Part shown: positions 53,321 through 64,000 of the stretch, in pieces
How the letters are laid out: each line of letters begins with the position of its first letter
Numbering within the stretch: the stretch's first letter is position 1
Assembly: GCF_026210795.1 (NCBI RefSeq)
Contig: NC_089432.1
Coordinates: forward strand, 5,766,001 to 5,830,000
Source of the DNA: Rhizophagus irregularis
Taxonomy: Eukaryota
Direction: 5' to 3'
Length of the DNA stretch: 64,000 nucleotides
Notes under the pieces: generated by a model
What the model was told of the DNA's origin: nothing
The model's database searches: none
What the model saw: only the letters and a program-made list of their open reading frames with translations
Made by a program: the position numbers and the translations under genes

Positions 53321-56300
53321 ATGAGAGTAACCAAACCGAAAAGTGGTAGAAGTTCGGCCTTAAAACGTTTAAATGCTACTTTAAAGGATGTTGGGCTAGT
53401 AGGACCAAAATCACGCTCAGCTAGCAAAAAAAGAACACACCCAAGAGATGGGAATGCTAATATTTCTAAGTTGAATAGTTTAGCGCCAAACCAAATCAAT
53501 CCTTTTGAATTGAAAGTTAATAAAGTTAAACATGACGTATTAGGAAAGAAAATTAAAGGTGTTCAAGGTAAACCTGGATTAAAAAGGCAAATTGGAATTG
53601 AAAAGGCTTGTATATAAATTTTTTTTTTGTTTTTAAGCGAATTGTTCTAAATAAATTTTAATAATAACAGAGAATGAAAACGTTACTTGTTGAAATGGAG
53701 AACAAAAATAAAGTTGGAGGAATAGTCGATCACCGGTTTGGTGAAAATAATTCAAATATTTCACCTGAAGAAAAATTTTTAGAAAGATTTACTAAAGAAC
53801 GACAAGTATTTTTACAATTTATTTAAAGTAAATTCTTAATTCAATAATTCAATTAATCAATTAATTTATAAAACATCTCAATAATAGAAGCGATCGAAAT
53901 CATTATTTAATCTTGAAGAGGATGATGATGATTTGACTCATTATGGTCAATCTTTGGCTGAAATAGACGATTTTGATGAACCAGATTTGGTTTTAAGCGA
54001 AGATGATGAAAAGGGTATTATTTTAATCGAGACTATTTTGTAATTACATTTTTGTATATAAAATTTAAATTATCCTGTAATTAATTTTTAATTTTATATG
54101 ATTAGGCGTTATTGATATGGAGACTGTATCTAGAAGCCACTTTGGTGGGTTCGAAATTACGAATGACAATGTAATTTACTACAATATATTTAATAATTAT
54201 AGAATATTATAGTCTTTATTAACACATTATAAATTTTGTAAATTTAGGATGTTGGACGCAAGAAATACAAAAATGAAGTTATGAAAGAAATTATTGCTAA
54301 GAGTAAAATGCACAAAGTATTTTTTATTTATTTGAATTCTATCAAATTATTATATTCATCATATAAACTAAACTTATTTATTATTTAAGTACAAGTGTCA
54401 ATTGGAGAAAGATGAAGATGAAAAAGTTCGACAAGAATTAGATATTGAATTAGATTCAATCCGTAATTTACTTATTATACCTCATGGTGAACCTTTTCAA
54501 GAATCTGGTTTTCTGAAGGTATTCTATGAAATGCAGCTTCATATTAATTGTTATATATTCTCTAAACAGTAATTCTTTTTTTCAGCAATCTGGTTCAATA
54601 GAAGTTGACAGGTCTGATGAAAAATATGAAGAATATGATAAAATTGTTCGTGAATTAGCTTTTGAAAAACGAGCAAGACCTACAAATAGAACCAAATCCG
54701 AAGAAGAAATTGCATTAGAAGAGAAAGAAAAATTAGAAAGATTAGAGGTATAAAAATTATCACAAATATTTATTTTAAATTAGTGTAATAAAGAATAATT
54801 TTTTTTTGGTTCATAGAATGCAAGAAAAAGACGCATGGAAGGCTTGAGTTCAGGATCAGAAGATGATGATAATAAAAGTAAACATAAAAAACAAAGACGT
54901 TTTCCAATAGCTGATGATTTAGGTGAAGATTATTTGACGGATAAGAATGATAATGATGATTTTGGATTAGGGAAAGGAATTACTTTAAGAAATTTTGGTA
55001 CTATTGGAAGAACACAATATGGAGAATCAGACGAAATAGATATAGATGATGAAAAAAAAAGCCAAGATGAAGAGGAGGGCGAGGACGAAGAGAATGATGA
55101 GAGTGATGAAGACAATGAAGGGGAAGACAACTATATTGATAACGAATGTCATCTCTTAGAAGACATTAATGATTTTTCATTTAAAAAAGTTAAGATACTC
55201 CAGACTAAGAATCGTGTAGATTCTCAGGCTACTAAAAAGGAAAAGAACAAAGAAGAAAATAATAAAAGTGAATCTGTATTAGCATACATTTTCCCTTGTC
55301 CTTCAACTATGGAAAATTTTTTGGAAATTTTAGAGGATGTTGAGGATAAAGATGTGCCAGTAGTTGTACATCGTATTCGAATCCTTCATCATATAAAACT
55401 TTCTCCCGATAACCAAGAAAAATTAGAGGTATGATATATACGATGCTCAGTTTAATACGATTTAAATAATTATAATTATAATACTTTTCCAATTTAGAAT
55501 TTTTTTAATATCTTGATGGACTACATTTATATTCGGATACAAGAAATTCCATGTCAAATGCATTTGATAAATCGATTATCATTACAAATATACGATTTAG
55601 TACAACAAATACCAGAATATACTATTAAATATTTTAAAGAAAAAATCGATTATCAAAAAAATAGTTTAGTGAGAAATAATAAGTTTCCAGGAATTACCGA
55701 TCTTTTTTTATTTAAGCTATTCGGGAAAGTATTTTCTACGTCAGATTTTCATCATAACATTATTACTCCAACTTTATTATTAATTGGACAATATTTGTCT
55801 CAATGTCAAGTTATTAATGGAAAAGATTTAATATCTGGATTGTTTTTGTGTAATTTATTATATGAGGTGAGTAATATGAAGAAATTAACTTTTTGTTTGC
55901 AAGTTGTTGTTAAGAAGAATATTCCTTTTTAGTATCAAGCCTTATCACAACGTATCATTCCTGAAGCGATTAATTTTTTATTTACGACACTCGTATATCT
56001 TGCACCGAAAAATACATTCAATAATACACCATCAATCCCTGGAACATTTCCATTTCCTAATAGTATTAATTCCATACCTTCTATACTTCAAATAAAAGAT
56101 GGAAAGAATATCGAAATTAAATTATTAAAATTTTCCGAAATATTAAATAAAAACGTTGATAATTTAGATACTGATGATTTTAGGTAAAATAAGCTTTATT
56201 ATTATGTATTCGAATTAAGTATAAAATATATGAAAATTCAAAAGTTATATTTTTTTTTTCCTTTTCCTGTAGAGTATCGGTATTATTAGCTACTTTACAT

Positions 56301-56950
56301 ATCATAGAATTATATGCAAAATTATATAATTCTACTTCTGCTTTCATAGAATTATTTAATCCTGTATCGGAATTATTGTCTAGTTACCCATTAAATAAAT
56401 TTGAGGAGTTAGTTAAGGTATTATTATGGTGGTTCATTTTTTTTTGAATATAGCATTAACACTTTTTTTTTTATGTAGAACAAGATAGAGACTATTCAGG
56501 AAACATTACGACGATTTCAAAAGTTTTCTAAACAAAATCGGAAACCACTTGAACTACAATTGCATAAACCAATTCCGATCCCCACATATATTCCTAAATT
56601 CCAAGAAAAGTACATAATTATTTCTATATATTATACGTTCAGTTTTTCACATTTAACTGATAATTTTTTCCTATTTGTCTTTTTATAGCTTCTCTATTGA
56701 CAAATATTATGATACGAATAAAGATCGCGCAAAGATAAATAAACTTAAATCACAATATAAGAGAGAACATAAAGGAGCAATAAGAGAGTTACGTAAAGAT
56801 AGTCAATTTATTGCTAAACAGCATATTATTGAGATCAAAGAAAAAGATGTTGTTTATAAAAAGAAAATTAATAGAATCAGGGGCACACTTGAAAATGAAC
56901 AAAGTGAAAAAAAAGCTTACGAAAAAGCTAAAAAATACGGTAAATTATAA
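53321..56950 (+). CDS. NOP14: Nucleolar protein 14 (40S biogenesis)
   Basis: NPFELKVNKVKHDVLGKK, DHRFGE, LTHYGQSL, EVMKEIIAKSK, YDKIVRELAFEKRARPTNRTKSEEE, FSTSDFHH and KREHKGAIRELRKD. Confidence 0.95.
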
Positions 56951-57001
56951 ATCAATTAGGAATATCAAAATATTAATACTAGACTTGGTGATAAACCTTT
57001 A

Positions 57002-58692
57002 TTATACGAAATTCCAATGTTGACAATCTTTACAATTTTCCTCATTAATACAACTAGCAACATCATCTTTACCGTTAGTTATATCATTCCAATTATCAAT
57101 AACTTCAATAAAAGGTACTATACCATGACTTCTTATATCAGATTTCCAACCCAACTTTGATTTTGTATTATACACACATGACAAACCTGTATGACATTTG
57201 GTTTCCATCTTTTAGTTAAACATTAGATGTAAAAAAAAGAATTTTTTAATTAGTAAATGCTGTCTGTTAACGAAAAGTGTAATAAAAAACTAATATTATT
57301 ACTTACAGCAAACCCCCAATGATAACAAATACTTGACCTGCCATTACATACACCCATAAATATAGGATCAGCTGTATGACCAAAATGATAAATGGGTAAT
57401 TTATGAGAATCATGTGTAATTAATCCTAGTCTTTTTGCATATAATAATTCACCCGGTGTTTGATATGTAAATGCTGGTAAACTATTATTTAATGCTAATA
57501 ATGATGCTAAAGATCCACCTATGTTATAGATAAGAGAAATAACGATGTCATGAAAAAGAAAACAAAAACTCTTTCTACTAAAGATTAAAGGGATTAATTG
57601 TTAAATATTACCTAGAGAATGGCCTGTTAACCAAATATCAGAATCTGGAAAATCTTTTTTAACCTTTTCGTATATTATCTATATTTTCCAAAAATCAATT
57701 ATAATTACATATTTTTTAATACAGTATATAATAAATAAAAGCATACCTTGGCGCTAATAAAATAAGAACCCTCAACATTAGATTCCTTATGTAAACAGGT
57801 ATTATCACAATTCCAACCACTTTTATAACATCCACATACACCTTTCCAAGTTATATCAATTTTTGCACAACAACAAGAAAACATTAAATTATCCTGCGAG
57901 ATTTTTTTTATATATATGTTAATATTTTAAATGCCGATTACAAATTACAAATACCGAACATTAGAAAAAGAAAAAATCATACATTAAATTTATCGTTTTT
58001 CGATATTGGTCCACCACCGTATGGTAAATAAGATAAACTTGTTCCTTTAATAGCAACAATAATAGTTTTATTTTCACTATCAGAAAAAACATATCCTCGA
58101 ACACCATCTTTTTCCCAACCGAATGGTATTGTCTGTAATCGAAATTAAATTATTAAATTTAATTTTTAAAAATATATATTAAAGTCATATGTACACTTAC
58201 ATCCCAATCTTCTAAATCAATCCAATGATCTTTTAATGGTTCCAATTCAATATAAGCATCATAAGACATTTTAGCCATTGATAATACAGTTGTTTTGTCT
58301 TTAGCATTAGGTACTTCTTTAACTTGAAGATTCTTTACATTCATTTCACCAGTTCCTTCTGAACCGTCAACATTTATGCTATTGATTACGTGTTCATTAA
58401 AATTTATAGCGGTGGGGTGCAATGGGTCCTTTTCTATATCATTAATATTAAGTTGTCTAAAAAGATGTCTGTTGGAAGGAGTTGTACCGTGATGTAATAT
58501 ATGTTTTAATTTAAATACTTTAGTGTTCGTTTGCGTGTGTTGACATTGTGTTGATGGAGGAGGAGAAAAGTCGAGAATACCCTGTCGTTGATAATAATTA
58601 CTATTCGACACAAAAGGAATTTGCTGAGTGAATGAAATAAGGATATAATGTGAAATTATGAAATAATATATAAATAATATTTTTTCACGCAT
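57002..58692 (-). CDS. ATG15: ATG15-like class 3 lipase
   Basis: N-terminal hydrophobic segment, LKHILHHG, MAKMSYDAY, FGWEKDGVRGYVF, VAIKGTS, DNLMFSCCCAK, WLTGHSLGG (intron-split), FGHTADPIFMG and METKCHTG. Confidence 0.88.
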
Positions 58693-59151
58693 TGCTATCA
58701 GAAAATTTTCATTACAATCAATTTTGTAGCCTGTTCATTTCTGGATTGACCGAAAAATGTATAACCAATCAGATCATAGTTACAATTGATTATTATAAAA
58801 TCGATCACCAAGTTGAACGGTCAGTTGATCATTCTACAGTTAAAATTTATTGGTCATAATTTTTAGTGTAACCGACCAAATATCAATTATGAACTATGGT
58901 ATGATATGATCCGATCGAGCTATACAAATTGTGCTCAATTGTAACTGCGGTTTGACCGGTTAATTTTTTTTCCGATCTGAGCGATACGTCTAACTCTAAT
59001 AATAATATTGTATAGATGAGTACACGTGAGTCATATACTCATATAGTACTTGACGCAATAACGATACGCAAAAGCCAATCATATTTAATTATTTTTCTAA
59101 TCATTTAGATACAAAATTAGGGACTTGCAATAATTCTGATAAGTGAACCCA

Positions 59152-60430
59152 ATGTCAAATTTAATAAAGTCAAGTTTAACAAGTGGACCGACAAAAAAAT
59201 CTTCATACAAAGTTCCACTTCCACTGTCACTTTCTCCCTCTATTTTATCACGTTTTCTCTCCTATTTCACCCCTTTTACTCTTTTTACTACTTCGACGAG
59301 AAAAATTAAAGGTAAGTATGACGAGAAAACTCAGGCGGTTATAATATGTAACAGAGAAGACATGGAAAAATTATGGAAAGAAGGATTTTTCGGTAAAGGT
59401 AATTTAAGTAGAAGTGAACCTACCTGGTTTTGGAGAAATAGTAATAATGATAATGGAAAAGGAAAAAGAAAAGAAAAACAAAAGTTGGCAGCAGAACAAA
59501 TTACAGAGCAACGGAGAATTGTTAGAAAGCGAAATAAGAAGGGTCGAGTTAATCAGGTTCAAAATATGAGTAAAGTTCAACAGATAACTAAAGAGGAAGT
59601 ACAGGAAAAGGAACAAGACGAAGAACAAACAATAGAACAGACTTTAACACAAGAGGAAGAGAATGTATTATTGGAGGATATAGAGACATTGATGTTAACA
59701 ACACAAGAAGCGTTCTTTTTATGTTATGGTTTGGGAATACTTGATATATATGATTTGCAAGATGTGGGTAAATTTATTTTTATATATAAAAATGATATAC
59801 ATAATATTAATTGATTATGTGAATAATAGAATCTATTGAGTGCAGAAGAAAGTTGGAAATCATTTCAGATTACATCTAGTGGATTTATAATTAGATATAT
59901 TGTGTATCATTATTTTCGTAGTTTGGGATGGGTTGTTAGGTGTGGTATGAAATTTGGAGTAGATTATGTACTATACGAGAAAGGACCCGTATTTAAACAT
60001 GCAGAGTAAGTAATTTGTAATAATGTTCTGGGGAGTGAAAAGGGACACAGGAAGTAAACATTAATATTCCAATTGTGTATTTCGTCATTAGGTACGCTGT
60101 AATAATATTACCGATTCACACTTCTCAGAATTTTGATAATTCACAGGTTGATGTTGATTTTAGAAATAATTGCATGACATCATGGAGCTGGATGATGAAT
60201 TTAAATAGAGTTTGCGTACAAGTTAAAAAGGTATGTTTTTAATTAATTAATCTTAAAATCATTAAGAACACAATTATATTAATGATTATTTTGATATATG
60301 TTAGTCATTGGTTTTATGTTATGTAATAATTCCATCAACCACAACTTATCTTACTATTACAGAGTGTATAAAGGAATATAAAGTACGACACGTATTAGTT
60401 AAAAGATGCATTCCATCAAAACTCAAATAA
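59152..60430 (+). CDS. SEN2: tRNA-splicing endonuclease catalytic subunit Sen2
   Basis: [71 protein letters not shown] and [10 protein letters not shown]. Confidence 0.93.
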
Positions 60431-60437
60431 AAAGAAA

Positions 60438-61698
60438 CTATTTTTCACCCGCTTCTATTTGTTCATGTTTTGATAATGAATGCTCTATGAAAGAAGATAA
60501 TAATGTTTCCAAAGCACCTTCACTCCATATGTCATAAATTACATGATCAGTATATTCTTCTTTTAATCTGTTGATTTCCTCAAGATCTTCGATTGATGGC
60601 CAATAGAATTCACCATGCAATTTATCATAATAATAAATATTTCGAGCACATTGGTCATCCATGTGAGTTTTCAAGCCAAAAAATGATTTATGGTAATTAC
60701 ACAATCTATTATCATTTATTACTAAATAAGTGAGTATTGCTTGATCTTGTCTATGATTTTCTCTGCTGCTGTCTTCGGGAGCTATACATTCTTTCACAAG
60801 AGCACATTCATACCATTGATCAATTAAATATTGAGTCTTATTTGTATCAAATATTATTGCAGCTCCGTTACAATTATCATGATTTTTATTTATGTAGTCC
60901 TTAATGTCTTGTTTAAAATATTTAAAAACACCGGGATGTGTCCATTCTAATAATTTTCCACTTGATTTAGGACTAATGAATCCATTATATTGTATAAGTA
61001 ATTCTTCTATCATAGCAAAAAATCCTTTTGATAAAAAACTTCCACTATCTAACCAAATTATTATTCCGGGATATTTCATTGAAACTTCTTTGATTATACC
61101 AGGTTTCCATGCATATTCTCCTCTATTTTCATTGACGTCCCAAAATTTCGGATATTTATCAAAATTAAATTCATGAATTTCATTAAAATATCCTCCCTTA
61201 TTTTCTAGCAAATTTAATATTTTCTTTTGATATTCCACCATACCTAAATCATACACTATTATTCTTGGTTTATATTCCTTCCGAAGTTCTTTTGATGTTT
61301 CTGACATATAATATAACCAACTTTGCAATTCGCAGAAATGATTTGCACTTGCTCCTGTTACTATAGTAAATGACAGCGTTGTATTCTCGCTCTTCTTGCC
61401 AGACTTCGTTGTCTTTTCCGGAGGTTTAAAATGTTTGCCATTCTCTATATTATCTATTTGTTTATTACACGATTCACTTTTACACTCGACTAACAATCAG
61501 TCGGAATGAAAAAGTTAGTAACTATAACAATTGAAACTCATAACAAAATATTTTGTTTATAAAGATCTCACCAATTTGCGAAAAATCGTCATTTGGCGGA
61601 ATAATATTGTCACTAAATTTTATCGTTAAAAAAAAGAATAAGATAAAAAAAAATACCAATAACTTTATATAATTTCTTCTTAATATTGAATTATTCAT
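60438..61698 (-). CDS. DUF1647-like (glycosyltransferase-like) type II membrane protein, 2 exons
   Basis: First exon with an N-terminal hydrophobic helix (start inferred), then VTGASANHF, IVYDLGM, YAWKPGII, WLDSG and NHRQDQA. Confidence 0.75.
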
Positions 61699-62544
61699 TT
61701 TATTAAAGAGATAGAAAATTTATGGAAAACTGGCTAGCAGTTCCCTATTATCTATTAACTTTAGCAAAAGAAAGAAAAAGTAAGTGGGAGGAATGGATGG
61801 AATGGTGGGAATGGGGGAATGGGGGAAGTAACCTTTTTACCAACTAAAACACGAATTTTATTATAAGTAGAAGTCGCTTTATCGGTGTTTTTTTTATTAA
61901 CTAGAATCCTGCATATTGATTAATTTATGTCCTTTAAACGAATCACAAATAAATTTGTAGCCGCATTTGTCGCATTTGTTTGGATTTATACGCATATATG
62001 CAATGTGTGACAGTTATGTCGATCATTACTATAATAGGATGGGTGATGTTTTACGACCCATAAGAAAATGATGGCCGGATTTGTTGCCAGGTTACACATG
62101 GCCTAAGATAAGGTCGTTAAGGTCTGGTCTTTGCCGAAATAATCAAGTGGCAACAAATCCGGCTACCGCTTTTTTCTATGGTAAGTCATTTTTACCATAT
62201 TTGTCACCGTTATTTGTCACTTTCACGTGAGCTACCTTGTCAGGTGTGCGATTTCGTAATTCTTGATGTGCAAAATTTTATTAAGTTATGAAAGTTATGA
62301 AAATCATCACTAGCAAATTTTGTATAGTACTGCATAAAAATTTTAATTTACATGCTACATGATCTAAATGCACCGTTATTTTAAACCTGAATTTAATTTA
62401 GATTTATTTATATTAGTAGTGTAAAATACAAGATAAATTAGAATAGGTATTTGCTCTATTTCCATTTTGTTTTAATTAAATTATAAATCAAACCAATCAA
62501 ACAAGTCGGAAGATAACTGAAAATGATTATGACCAACAAAATAA

Positions 62545-63801
<1,257 letters not shown>

Positions 63802-64000
63802 CTATTAATTAAGTGAAATATTAAACATTAAACAATAAACAATAAAATAAATAATTAGTAAATATAATTATATTATATCTAATGTTTTCGAAGTTGGTTA
63901 AACTTCTATCACGAAATAGCATCGTAATAACTTAATTAACTTAAAATAATCCTTCTCCTCTTTGCTACTGACAAAATTCCATAGAAATGATTGCCAAATT

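Noticed and set aside
61785..61830. G-rich ggaatgg repeats, possible G-quadruplex or telomere-like tract
   Set aside because: Short and irregular, not TTAGGG, with no supporting evidence of function.

Overview
AT-rich eukaryotic genomic DNA with many short GT-AG introns. It is fungal; gene content, intron style and TE types suggest an arbuscular mycorrhizal fungus (Glomeromycotina, Rhizophagus-like), which is an inference. Two gene-dense blocks flank a TE-rich island of about 32 kb. The left block (1-14.9 kb) has a NIPA Mg2+ transporter, a TPR protein resembling the Nup358/RanBP2 N-terminal domain, MAK10/NAA35, an F-box protein and a tiny 3-exon gene. The right block (47.8-64 kb) has GCP2/Spc97, RPL4, NOP14, an ATG15-like lipase, SEN2, a DUF1647-like protein and an Slt2/Mpk1-type MAPK. 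The island holds one WD40 gene, several MITEs, a decayed intron-rich hAT transposon and a 12.9-kb element (26985-39919) with ~0.9-kb TIRs, AG...CT ends and a GTATA target duplication. That element has the Polinton/Maverick replication and integration core (protein-primed PolB plus retroviral-type integrase). I see no double-jelly-roll capsid, packaging ATPase or cysteine protease in it. Instead it carries a retroelement-type Gag-like ORF (capsid-like region, CCHC knuckle) followed by an aspartic protease, with no RT or LTRs. It is a candidate hybrid Gag-encoding Polinton-like element and the main finding. This copy is disrupted by nested MITEs, indels and stops.
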